Shown here: one piece after another, positions 39,156 through 48,198 of the stretch | How positions within the stretch are numbered: position 1 is the stretch's first letter | How the letters are laid out: each line of letters opens with the position of its first letter | From: Candidatus Xenobia bacterium | GTDB lineage: Bacteria > Vulcanimicrobiota > Xenobia > Xenobiales > QWHO01 | Direction: 5' to 3' | Assembly: GCA_045863235.1 (NCBI GenBank) | Contig: BTUM01000012.1 | Coordinates: 32,001 to 96,000, forward strand | DNA length: 64,000 nucleotides | Notes under the pieces: generated by a model | The model's input: only the letters and a program-made list of their open reading frames with translations | What the model was told of the DNA's origin: nothing | Database searches by the model: none | Made by a program: the position numbers and the translations under genes

Positions 39156-40049
39156 TCACTCGCCGCCGGAGCTCTGAGGAGGGGAAGCCACCGCCCCTTT
39201 GTGCTGTCGGATGAAGAGCACCGGACAGTGCGCATGGTGCACGACGCGCTCGGCCACGCTGCCCATGATCGCGTGGGCAATCCCCGAATAACCGTGGGTC
39301 GCCATCACGATCAGATCCACTTCCGACTCGGCCACCTGGAGAATTTGCTCGGCCGGGTCTCCGATGCACACCTGGGTATAGGCGCGAATCCCTCGAGCTT
39401 TGAGCTTGTCGGCCTGCCCGCTCAGGTACTGCTCGGTCACGGCGGGCAGTCTCTGGGCCCACTTCTCTTCGGTCTGGAAGCAAAGCCAGGTGGGATAGTC
39501 CACCACCCCGAGCAGGCACAGATGAGCCTGATCGCGCTCGGCCAGGTAGGCCGAGGCATCGAGCGCCCGCTCGGAGAGCGGGCTCCGGTCCAGCGGCAAC
39601 AGAATGCGCCGGAAGGGCGTGCTGTGCTCCTCACCGGGCCGGTGCTCCCCCGGGCGGACGATCATCACCGGGCAGTCGGCCTCGCGCATCACCCGGGCGG
39701 TCACGCCGCCCAGCAGCCACCGACCCGTCCCCCGGCGCCCGTGCGAACTCATGACGATCAGGTCGGCAGCGCAGCTTTCGGCCAGTTGCACGATCTCCTC
39801 GGCCGGAATCCCGGAGGCAGCCCGAACGCTGATCGGTACGCCCATCTTCTCAAAGGCCTCCCGAAGCTTGCCCAGATGCTCCTCGAGCCCCTTGCGGGCC
39901 TGACCAGGCTCAGCCTCCTCCTCGTACACCTTCTCGGCCACCCCGGCCAGGACGATCTCCGAGTGATACAGGCGCGCCATCCTCAGGGCGTAAGGCAGGG
40001 CGGCGTGACTCTCGCCCGAGCCATCGATGGGGACCAGGATTCTGCTCAT
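39156..40049 (-). CDS. tandem-domain universal stress protein
   Basis: ILVPIDGS / ILLPLDRS, DLIVMSSHG / DLIVMATHG...GSVAERV. Confidence 0.92.
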   Translation of the reverse strand: MSRILVPIDGSGESHAALPYALRMARLYHSEIVLAGVAEKVYEEEAEPGQARKGLEEHLGKLREAFEKMGVPISVRAASGIPAEEIVQLAESCAADLIVMSSHGRRGTGRWLLGGVTARVMREADCPVMIVRPGEHRPGEEHSTPFRRILLPLDRSPLSERALDASAYLAERDQAHLCLLGVVDYPTWLCFQTEEKWAQRLPAVTEQYLSGQADKLKARGIRAYTQVCIGDPAEQILQVAESEVDLIVMATHGYSGIAHAIMGSVAERVVHHAHCPVLFIRQHKGAVASPPQSSGGE

Positions 40050-40168
40050 GGTTGACTCCTTGTGCGGTGTGCCTTGCCTCCATGATTCCGCAAGAGCGCA
40101 CAGGGTCATATGATGCAGGTCATCTTTTCGAGTGCCGCAAAGTTCTCGAGTTGCAGCCGGCCTGACGG

Positions 40169-41086
40169 TTAGCCTTCGAGAAAGGCCTCGAGTTGCTGGA
40201 GCGTCATTCCCGAGCCGAGGCGCCGAATGACCTCCAGGGTGCGCTCGGAATCGAGCCGGGAGAAGCGTTCGGCCAGGGCAGGAGCAGGAACGCCGAACTG
40301 AGACTCGGCAAGAGCCAGGGCAGCGAGCTGAAGGCCCTCCTGGCGGCCTTCCTGGCGGCCTTCCTGACGGCCTTCCGCTCGGCCACGCTCTTCCCAGGGG
40401 TTGATGAACTCAAGCACGGCTTCACGATCCTCCCTGTCCATCCGGTTTAGTTCTGCGTGATAAACCGCCTCCTCCTCTGGAGTGAGGCGCAGGGACTGGC
40501 CCACGAAGCTGGCCAGGAAGCTCTGATCGCGGGGAGTGAGGTACTTCATCCTGGAGATCAAGGACAGGCATGCCAGGAAGACCCAGGGGCGCTCGCGGTT
40601 CTTCATGCGCATCCTGCTCATCAGGGCTGCCGCGACCGGGTTGTCCACCCGGTAGCTCTGCCAGGGCAGTCGGCTCAATTGGATGACCCGGTAGCGAAAC
40701 ACCAGGGGCTCAAGGTCGGGAAAGGCGATCCTCAACTCCTCTGGCTGAGGGCTCTGAGGGTAGCGAAACGAAAACAGCGCAATCGGATAAACGTCGCACC
40801 CGTAACGGTCGAAGAGCCGGGAGAAGTAGGCGAACATACGCCGAGCAAAATCGGGCTCGTTTCGCGACTGGTGCTCGACGTGCACCAGATAGAGCCGGTC
40901 CGTGCCGGCCACCCTCAACCGGGCCACCACGTCCGCTTCGCGCCGTTTCTCCTCGAGAAAGGCTTCCTTATCGAGAAAGATCAGCGAGTCGCGCTCGGCC
41001 TCCCGCGCCGTCTCCGGGGCAAAGAGCTCGAAGAACTCAAAGAAGAAGTGGCTGAGAAGCTGCTTGAAAAGTCGGTCGTGCTGCAT
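40169..41086 (-). CDS. Rpn-family recombination-promoting nuclease / putative transposase (PD-(D/E)XK)
   Basis: HDRLFK, ADVV, HVEHQS, RMFAY, C-terminal EGRQ repeats. Confidence 0.88.
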   Translation of the reverse strand: MQHDRLFKQLLSHFFFEFFELFAPETAREAERDSLIFLDKEAFLEEKRREADVVARLRVAGTDRLYLVHVEHQSRNEPDFARRMFAYFSRLFDRYGCDVYPIALFSFRYPQSPQPEELRIAFPDLEPLVFRYRVIQLSRLPWQSYRVDNPVAAALMSRMRMKNRERPWVFLACLSLISRMKYLTPRDQSFLASFVGQSLRLTPEEEAVYHAELNRMDREDREAVLEFINPWEERGRAEGRQEGRQEGRQEGLQLAALALAESQFGVPAPALAERFSRLDSERTLEVIRRLGSGMTLQQLEAFLEG

Positions 41087-41226
41087 GGGCTCGACTGTCG
41101 CTCCCCTTCGGAAGTCTGCAAGCTGACAGTCTGTCGATGCGTGGCCCAGCTCGGTGAAGGGCATTCAATTCTCGGAGGGGAGATCCTGCCGGGGAATCCC
41201 CCAACATACCCCGAAGTCCCCTCGCC

Positions 41227-42621
41227 ATGCGTCCAGGCTATGCCAGCGGATTCGAGACCATGCGCTCGCTCGTCAACGATCGACCCCTCGAGGTGACCGG
41301 CCAGCTTCCCGAGTGGCTCCAGGGCACCCTGATTCGCAACGGGCCCGGCATCTTCGAGGCCGGCCCGGACCGCCTGCGGCACTGGTTCGACGGCCTGGCC
41401 GTGCTGCACCAGTTCGAGCTCGGGCAGGGACGGGTCCATTATCGCTCCCAACCGCTCCAGTCGCCCGACTTTCTGGAGGCCCGCAGGCGTGGGCGCATCT
41501 ACTACTCGAATTTTGCCACCGACCCTTGCGTGGCCAAATTCCGGCGCCTGTTCTCGGCCTTCTTCCCCCGCCTGGAGCTGGGGGCCAATGCCAACGTCAG
41601 CGTGACCCGTCTGGGGGAGCGCTTCCTGGCGCTAACCGAGACCCCCATGGCGGTGGAGTTCGACCCCCGAACCCTGTCCACTCTGGGAGTGGTGCGCTAC
41701 CAGGACCCGATGGCCGACAACCTCACCACCGCCCACCCCCACCGCGACACCAACCGCGGGTCGCTCATCAACGTGACCCTGGAGTTCGGCCCCCGCAGTA
41801 CCTTTCGCCTCACCGAGCTTCTGCCCGGGGCCACCCGGCGCCAGGTGCTGGGCGCTTTTCCGGTGGAGCGCCCGAGCTATCTGCACAGCTTCGGAATGGC
41901 CGAGAACTGGTTCATCCTGACGCTGGGGGCGCTGGTGGTCGATCCGCGCAAGCTGCTGCTGCGCCGTCGGCCCTTCATCGAGAACTACCGCTTTGAGCCC
42001 GAGCGAGGCACTACCTGGGCCCTTTATGACCGGCGCACGTCCCGCTTTCAGAGCCTGCAGTCGGATGCGCTCTTCACCTTCCACCACGTCAACGCGTTCG
42101 AGCAGGGAAGCGACCTGGTGGTGGACCTGATCACCTATCCTGACGCCACCGTGGTCGACTCGGTCTATCTCGACGCCCTGGCTCGAGCCGAGGAGGTTCC
42201 GGGAGGTCAGCTGAGACGTTTTCGTCTGGGCAGCACCGTTCGCTCAGAGCTGCTCACCGACCTCAGCCTGGAGCTGCCCCGCATCCACCCGGCCCGACTC
42301 GGGCGCCCCTACCGGTATGTCTACGGGATGAGCCAGCGCCCCGGCACCAGCCGCGACTTCTTCAACATGCTGGCCCGCATCGACGTGACCGGCGGTCCCG
42401 AGTTGACCTGGAGCGAGCCCGGCGTCTATCCCGGCGAGCCGGTCTTCGTGCCGCGCCCCGAAGGCACGGCAGAGGACGATGGCGTGGTCCTGTGCGTGCT
42501 GCTCGAAGGCTCCAGCTCCAGCCTGCTGGTGCTCGACGCGAGCAACTTCCGGGAGTTGGCCCGGGCCCGCGTGGAGCTCGCCATCCCCTTCGGCTTCCAC
42601 GGCAGCTTCTATACCCTCTGA
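41227..42621 (+). CDS. carotenoid oxygenase (RPE65/CCD) family protein
   Basis: RNGPG, HWFDG, TAHPH, YLHSF, FHHVNAFE, ELPRI, GEPVFVP, EDDG, GFHG. Confidence 0.92.
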   Translation: MRPGYASGFETMRSLVNDRPLEVTGQLPEWLQGTLIRNGPGIFEAGPDRLRHWFDGLAVLHQFELGQGRVHYRSQPLQSPDFLEARRRGRIYYSNFATDPCVAKFRRLFSAFFPRLELGANANVSVTRLGERFLALTETPMAVEFDPRTLSTLGVVRYQDPMADNLTTAHPHRDTNRGSLINVTLEFGPRSTFRLTELLPGATRRQVLGAFPVERPSYLHSFGMAENWFILTLGALVVDPRKLLLRRRPFIENYRFEPERGTTWALYDRRTSRFQSLQSDALFTFHHVNAFEQGSDLVVDLITYPDATVVDSVYLDALARAEEVPGGQLRRFRLGSTVRSELLTDLSLELPRIHPARLGRPYRYVYGMSQRPGTSRDFFNMLARIDVTGGPELTWSEPGVYPGEPVFVPRPEGTAEDDGVVLCVLLEGSSSSLLVLDASNFRELARARVELAIPFGFHGSFYTL

Positions 42622-42627
42622 GTATCT

Positions 42628-42652
42628 AAAGTGCAAAACCAAAGTGCGAGCA
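42628..42652 (+). repeat. repeat family A, truncated core copy
   Basis: AAAGTGCAAAACCAAAGTGCGAGCA between convergent stops. Confidence 0.65.
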
Positions 42653-42654
42653 AT

Positions 42655-43344
42655 TTAGCGGCGCCGCGACAACCTGGTAGCCCCGACGCGGACGGTCCCG
42701 GCGCTCAGCTCCACGCCCGCGCCGGGCTCACGGGGGCCCGCGAGTCGGCGCACCTCGGACTCCACCGCCACGCTTCTCCTGGTCGTTTCCCGCTCGCTCC
42801 GGGCCTCGACCAGCCGGGGAAACAGCCTCTCGCTCCAGCCGTTGGCACGAAACAGGAACGAATTGAACGACTCTGCCGGCCACAGCGCGGCCCGTAAGCC
42901 CTGCTCGCGAAGCCGCGTGAGGAAAGGCTGCGGACGGACGTCGATCCGATCCGGCCAGGTCGTCACCTCCATGACTTGAGCGCCCCTGTGGGCCGTGACC
43001 TGCCCGCTCGGCGTCTCCACCACGCGCAGGTCCTCGGTGGCGAAGAGCCAGTCGCCGTTGGCCGCGTAACCCTCCGTGCGCTCCCCCAGGTCCAGCCCGT
43101 ACTCGAGGGTGTCGGGATGAAATGTGGCCTCAGCTTCGGTGCCAGAGTGCAGGTCCAGGCGAATGCGGCCGTCGGGCTCCTCGCGACAGGGACAATCTTG
43201 CGTCGTGTCCTGGAGGTGAGCGCTCAAGCGCAACTCGTCACGTTCGACGACAACCGGACAAGGAAGGTAGGGCCCCTCGGGCAGCACGGCGCGCCACTTC
43301 GTGGGCCCTGAGCGATGAAATTCGACTCCGCTGCGCGTGATCAT
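42655..43344 (-). CDS. hypothetical protein
   Basis: 229-aa ORF, AGGA SD before ATG. Confidence 0.6.
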   Translation of the reverse strand: MITRSGVEFHRSGPTKWRAVLPEGPYLPCPVVVERDELRLSAHLQDTTQDCPCREEPDGRIRLDLHSGTEAEATFHPDTLEYGLDLGERTEGYAANGDWLFATEDLRVVETPSGQVTAHRGAQVMEVTTWPDRIDVRPQPFLTRLREQGLRAALWPAESFNSFLFRANGWSERLFPRLVEARSERETTRRSVAVESEVRRLAGPREPGAGVELSAGTVRVGATRLSRRR

Positions 43345-43432
43345 CTTGTCCTGAATCTACGCGGATGAGCTGAAAGTAAGCTCAATGAAAGTGGTGCGGC
43401 TGTTACCCAGGCGCCAGGGGCTTCCACGCATC

Positions 43433-43461
43433 TTGACAACCCTTATACTCATGAGTATCAT
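43433..43461 (+). promoter_or_regulatory. sigma70 promoter of nadABC
   Basis: TTGACA-N17-TATCAT. Confidence 0.85.
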
Positions 43462-43494
43462 AAGTCAGGATAGTTATGCTCAAATAGAGCATAA
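43443..43494. promoter_or_regulatory. two 21-bp NadQ-type operator palindromes
   Basis: TTATACTC-ATGAG-TATCATAA (43443-43463) and TTATGCTC-AAATA-GAGCATAA (43474-43494). Confidence 0.75.
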
Positions 43495-43516
43495 AGAGAG
43501 TCGAGCAGAACGAACC

Positions 43517-44524
43517 ATGATCCGCACCGCCGCCGAGCTCCCGGCTCAGACGCAGGCCCTGTACGAACGCGTCCGCAGCGTCGTGCCGCGCTTGGAGTGG
43601 GACCTGATGGCCCCCACCATCACCGCCATCAATCGGCTCAAGGTCGAGAAGAACGCCGTCATCCTGGCGCACAACTACCAGACGCCGGAAATCTTTCACT
43701 GCGTGGCAGACCTGGTGGGCGATTCCCTGGCTCTGGCCCAGCAGGCCGCCAGGACCACGGCCGACACCATCGTGCTGTGCGGCGTGCATTTCATGGCCGA
43801 GACGGCCAAGATCCAGAATCCCGAGAAGACCGTGCTCATTCCTGACCTGAAGGCCGGCTGCTCTCTGGCCGAGTCCATCACCGCCGAGGATGTGCGCGCT
43901 CTGCGTCGCCAGTACCCCGGCGTGCCGGTGGTGACCTACGTCAACACCAGCGCCGAAGTCAAGGCCGAGTCGGACGTGTGCTGCACCTCGGCCAACGCGG
44001 TGGAGGTGGTGGAATCGCTGGGCGTGCCGCGGGTGCTGTGTATCCCGGACGAGTACCTGGCCCTTTATGTGGCCACCCAGACAAGGGTCGAGATCATCCC
44101 CTGGAAGGGTCACTGCATGGTCCACGAGCAGTTTACCCCCGAGCAGGTGCGCGCTTACCGCGAGCAGTTCCCGGGGCTCACCGTGCTGGCTCACCCCGAG
44201 TGCCCGCCCGAGGTGCTGGCTGAGGCCGACCTGGTGGGCTCCACCAGCCGCATGGTGCGCTTCGTCCACGAGGAGAAGCCGCGCCGAGTAGCCCTGATCA
44301 CCGAGTGCTCGATGTCCGACAACATCGCCGCCGAGTGCCCCGAGGTGGAGTTCGTGCGCCCCTGCACGCTCTGTCCTCACATGAAGAAAATCACCCTGCA
44401 CAAGATCTACGAGTCGCTGCTCCACAACCGGTTCGAGGTTGAGGTGGAGCCCGAGGTGGCGCGCCGCGCGCGCCTGGCCATCGACCGCATGCTGGCTGTG
44501 GGGCGCGGCACGCGCCACGGCTAA
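43517..44524 (+). CDS. nadA: quinolinate synthase
   Basis: [35 protein letters not shown]. Confidence 0.96.
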   Translation: MIRTAAELPAQTQALYERVRSVVPRLEWDLMAPTITAINRLKVEKNAVILAHNYQTPEIFHCVADLVGDSLALAQQAARTTADTIVLCGVHFMAETAKIQNPEKTVLIPDLKAGCSLAESITAEDVRALRRQYPGVPVVTYVNTSAEVKAESDVCCTSANAVEVVESLGVPRVLCIPDEYLALYVATQTRVEIIPWKGHCMVHEQFTPEQVRAYREQFPGLTVLAHPECPPEVLAEADLVGSTSRMVRFVHEEKPRRVALITECSMSDNIAAECPEVEFVRPCTLCPHMKKITLHKIYESLLHNRFEVEVEPEVARRARLAIDRMLAVGRGTRHG

Positions 44525-44556
44525 TGCGCTCCCTTGGCACCTTAAAGGAGGATACC

Positions 44557-46068
44557 ATGCGCACAGACGTCGTCATCGTAGGCTCGGGTCTGGCCGGTCT
44601 GACGGCCGCCCTGCACGCAGCCACCAACGGGCTGCACGTCACCGTCGTCACCAAGAGCATGCTGGGGGGCAGCTCGCCCATGGCCCAGGGAGGAGTGGCC
44701 GTGGCCCTGGCCAGCGAGGACGATCCGGCCCTGCACGCCCGCGACACTCTGGTGGCCGGGGCCGGGCTGAGCCGTGAGGAGGTGGTCGGCGTGCTGACCC
44801 GCGAGGGTCCGAGCCGCATCCTCGAGCTGATCGGGCGGGGCGCCCACTTTGACCTGGACGAGCAGGGCAACCTTGCCCTGGGCCAGGAAGCGGCCCACTC
44901 GCGCCGGCGCATCCTGCACGCCTCGGGCGACGCCACCGGGGCCGAGCTGATGCGGGCCAGCCTCGAGGCGGTGCGCCGCCACCCCCGCATCCATCTGCGC
45001 GAGGGCGTGTTCGTCTGTGAATTGCTGGTCAGCGAGGGCCAGGTGATGGGAGTGGCAGCTCCTGGCGAGGCGCTGGTAGCGCCCGCCACCGTGCTGGCCA
45101 CCGGTGGGGTGGGGCGGCTCTACCGCTACACCACGAACGCCCGCGAGTCGACCGGGGACGGGATCGCTATGGCCGCCCGAGCCGGTGCCCGCCTGCAAGA
45201 CATGGAGTTCGTGCAGTTCCATCCCACGGCTCTGGACGCCGGAGGCGACCCGCTCAGCCTCATCACCGAGGCGGTTCGCGGCGAGGGAGCCTGGCTGGTG
45301 AACGGCGCCGGCCAGCGCTTCATGCTCGAGCTCCACCCCGATGCCGAGCTGGCGCCCCGCGACGTGGTGGCCCGGGGCATCTGGGCCGAGCTGAGCCGGG
45401 GGGAGCGGGTCTACCTGGACGCTCGCAAGCTGGGCGACCGCTTCGCCGGCCGCTTCCCCACCGTGGCGCGCCTCTGCGCCGAGCACGGGCTGGCGCCGGA
45501 AAGAGATCTTCTGCCGGTGGTGCCGGCGGCCCACTACTTCATGGGCGGCATCGCCGTCGATGCCCGGGGTCGCTCCAGCCTGCCGGGCCTGTGGGCGTGC
45601 GGCGAGGCCTGCTCAAGCGGCCTGCACGGAGCCAACCGCCTGGCCAGCAACTCGCTGCTGGAGGCGCTGGTGTTCGGCGCCCGGGTGGGCGAGGACGTCG
45701 CCCAGGCTCCTCCCGTGCGCCCACTGGCGGTGCCCGCCCTGCGCCGGGCCGAGGTGGACCCGGCCCTGGAAGCTCGTCTGCGCGAGCTGATGTGGTGTCA
45801 CGTGGGCCTGGTGCGCGAGGAGGCCGGCCTGGCCCTGGCCCAGCGAGAACTGGAGGAGCTGGCGCTGCCGGCTGGCTCCTCGGAGGTGTCCAATATGCGC
45901 GAGGTGGCCTGCTTGATCGCGGCCTCGGCCCGGGCCCGTCGCGAGAGCCGGGGAGCCCACTACCGCACCGATCTGCCCGACAGCGAGGAAGCCTGGAGTC
46001 ATCGCCGCGTGGTGGTGGAGCACGGCCGTGTCGAGGTGCGCGAGGAGGCCGCCCGATGCGCCTCCTGA
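44557..46068 (+). CDS. nadB: L-aspartate oxidase
   Basis: AAGGAGG SD; GSGLAG, AQGG, EAAHS, QFHPT, AAHYFMGG, LHGANRLASNSL, RRESRGAH. Confidence 0.95.
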   Translation: MRTDVVIVGSGLAGLTAALHAATNGLHVTVVTKSMLGGSSPMAQGGVAVALASEDDPALHARDTLVAGAGLSREEVVGVLTREGPSRILELIGRGAHFDLDEQGNLALGQEAAHSRRRILHASGDATGAELMRASLEAVRRHPRIHLREGVFVCELLVSEGQVMGVAAPGEALVAPATVLATGGVGRLYRYTTNARESTGDGIAMAARAGARLQDMEFVQFHPTALDAGGDPLSLITEAVRGEGAWLVNGAGQRFMLELHPDAELAPRDVVARGIWAELSRGERVYLDARKLGDRFAGRFPTVARLCAEHGLAPERDLLPVVPAAHYFMGGIAVDARGRSSLPGLWACGEACSSGLHGANRLASNSLLEALVFGARVGEDVAQAPPVRPLAVPALRRAEVDPALEARLRELMWCHVGLVREEAGLALAQRELEELALPAGSSEVSNMREVACLIAASARARRESRGAHYRTDLPDSEEAWSHRRVVVEHGRVEVREEAARCAS

Positions 46069-46910
46069 AGCAGCACTATGCAGAGCTGGTCGCCCGGGCT
46101 CTGGCCGAGGACCTGGGCCGCGGCCCCGACTGGACCACCGACTGCATCCTGGAAGAAGCTCACAGCGCCCGGGCCCAACTGATCGCCCGCGAGGAGGGCC
46201 GGATCGCCGGGGTGGACGTGGCCCTGGAAGCCTTTCGGCAGCTCGATCCCGCCTGTGTGGTACGCGTGGGGGTGGAGGATGGCCGCGATGCCCCGGCTGG
46301 CGCCGTGGTGCTGGAGGTGGAGGGGAAAGCCCGCGCCCTGCTGACCGCCGAGCGCACCGCGCTCAACTTCCTGGGCCGCCTGAGCGGGGTGGCCACGGCC
46401 ACCCGGGCCATGGTGCGCGCGGTCGAAGGCACCCGGACCCGCATCGTGGACACGCGCAAGACCACTCCCGGCCTGCGGGTGCTGGAAAAATATGCCGTGC
46501 GCTGCGGGGGCGGCTTCAACCACCGCTTCGGGCTGGATGACGCCGTGCTGATCAAGGACAACCACCGGGCCCTGGCTGGCGGCGTGCGTCCCGCCGTGGA
46601 GCGGGTGCGAGAGCGGGTGGGTCACACCATCAAGGTCGAGGTGGAGGTGGACACGCTGGAGGAGCTGGCCGTGGCCCTGGACCTGGGCGTGGACGCTGTG
46701 CTGCTGGACAACATGGCCCCCGCGGTGCTGCGCCAGGCGGTAAACATGGTAGGTGGAAGAGCCCTCACCGAGGCCTCGGGAGGGATTCGCCTCGAGACGG
46801 TGCGGGCCGTGGCCGAGTGCGGGGTGGACCTGATCTCGGCCGGCGCGCTGACGCACAGCGCCCGCTGTCTGGACGTCTCGCTGGACGTGGTGGTGGCCAC
46901 CCGGGTCTGA
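46056..46910 (+). CDS. nadC: nicotinate-nucleotide pyrophosphorylase
   Basis: ERTALN, DTRKTTPG, HRFGL, IKDNH, LLDN, EASGG, GALTHS. Confidence 0.96.
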   Translation: MRLLKQHYAELVARALAEDLGRGPDWTTDCILEEAHSARAQLIAREEGRIAGVDVALEAFRQLDPACVVRVGVEDGRDAPAGAVVLEVEGKARALLTAERTALNFLGRLSGVATATRAMVRAVEGTRTRIVDTRKTTPGLRVLEKYAVRCGGGFNHRFGLDDAVLIKDNHRALAGGVRPAVERVRERVGHTIKVEVEVDTLEELAVALDLGVDAVLLDNMAPAVLRQAVNMVGGRALTEASGGIRLETVRAVAECGVDLISAGALTHSARCLDVSLDVVVATRV

Positions 46911-47002
46911 GGAGGCATCTCTGCCGCTCCGATGGTCAAGCAGAGTCCATCCTGTCTGCTCCTGAAAAGGGAGCCCTCCACACATCGCCGAACCGCAGGC
47001 AC

Positions 47003-48142
47003 TTGAGCACGCAGGCAGAGACCGGGGCTCCCGCCTTCCGGCTCGGGTATCGCCCCGAGCTTGACGGCGTCCGTGGTATCGCCATCCTCCTGGTCCTGCT
47101 CCACCACGCCGGCACCGCTCCCGTCGGGGGCTTCCTGGGGGTGGACCTCTTCTTCGTGCTGAGCGGATTCCTCATCACCTTGCTGCTGGCCCAGGAGTGG
47201 GAGGAGACGGGCACGATCAGCCTCAAGGCCTTCTACATGCGCCGCGTGCTGCGGCTGGTGCCGGCGCTGCTGGCCTTCATCCTGGTGCTGCTGGTGCTGG
47301 GTTGGTGCGGAGGGCCGGCTTGCCTGAGGCTGGGCAACGAGCTCTGGTTCACGCTGGGCTACTGCCTGAACTGGGCCATCGCCTACGGGTGGACGAGCTA
47401 CCGCTCCCCCCTGGTCATCGCCTGGTCGCTCTCCATCGAGGAGCAGTTCTACATCCTCTGGCCACCGCTCTTTCGCAGCGCCCTGCGAAGCGCCAGGGGC
47501 CACAGCTCGATCGTGGCGGTACTCGTCTTGCTGGTCCTGGGGGTGGCTTGCTGGCGGGAGTGGACGCTGGTCGACTGGCTGAGGGGCTTCCCGGCCAACC
47601 TGTATATGCAGGGAGTGACGCCTCAGGATGTCTTTCCCCGCTCGCTGTTCTTCAAGCTTTACTACTCCAGCCACACCCGGGCCGACGGGCTGTTGTTGGG
47701 ATGCATTTTCGGGCTGCTGGTGGCCTGGAGGCTGGTGGATGACCGCTTGCGCTGGCTTCTCCGGGCGGTGGGTTTCGCGGCCCTGCTGGGCCTGGTGGCC
47801 TGCTTGCTGCAGGTGAACGCGCGCGACGTGCGGCTGTTCACGGTCAATCTGACCCTGATCAATCTGGGCTTTGCCCTGTGCGTGTTCAACCTGGTCCGCT
47901 GGCCGGGCGCCTGGTCGCTGAGCCTGCTGCGGCTGACCCCGCTGGTCTGGCTCGGCAAGATCTCCTACGCGCTCTATCTCTGGCACTACGCCTTCTACGT
48001 CTGGGTGGAAAGCGAGCAGCTCCGGGGCTGGACTGGCCCGGCTGTCATCGTGGTCGGCAGCATCCTGACGGCAACCGGGTCCTACTTCATCGTGGAGCGG
48101 CCCGCCCTGAAGCTCAAGAAGCGCTGGAAAACCTTCGCCTGA
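47003..48142 (+). CDS. acyltransferase family 3 (OafA-like) membrane protein
   Basis: LDGVRGIA, GVDLFFVLSGF, RRVLRL, WSLSIEEQFY, SYALYLWH. Confidence 0.92.
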   Translation: MSTQAETGAPAFRLGYRPELDGVRGIAILLVLLHHAGTAPVGGFLGVDLFFVLSGFLITLLLAQEWEETGTISLKAFYMRRVLRLVPALLAFILVLLVLGWCGGPACLRLGNELWFTLGYCLNWAIAYGWTSYRSPLVIAWSLSIEEQFYILWPPLFRSALRSARGHSSIVAVLVLLVLGVACWREWTLVDWLRGFPANLYMQGVTPQDVFPRSLFFKLYYSSHTRADGLLLGCIFGLLVAWRLVDDRLRWLLRAVGFAALLGLVACLLQVNARDVRLFTVNLTLINLGFALCVFNLVRWPGAWSLSLLRLTPLVWLGKISYALYLWHYAFYVWVESEQLRGWTGPAVIVVGSILTATGSYFIVERPALKLKKRWKTFA

Positions 48143-48198
48143 GCCAGCACGCGGCCACCTGGCCAGGGTCATGCCCGTCCTCTGGCGAATAGCACCTC

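Noticed and set aside
40330..40385. 12-bp tandem repeats as a CRISPR array or VNTR
   Set aside because: They encode the EGRQ repeats typical of Rpn proteins; there are no spacers and no cas genes in the window.
40169..41086. Rpn gene as an active insertion sequence
   Set aside because: No terminal inverted repeats or target duplications are visible, and this family is not established as a transposase.
34597..42621. Carotenoid pathway cluster (desaturase-like genes plus carotenoid oxygenase)
   Set aside because: No phytoene synthase, cyclase or GGPP synthase; the oxidoreductases are coupled to a GcvT-like gene and the oxygenase is separated by unrelated genes.
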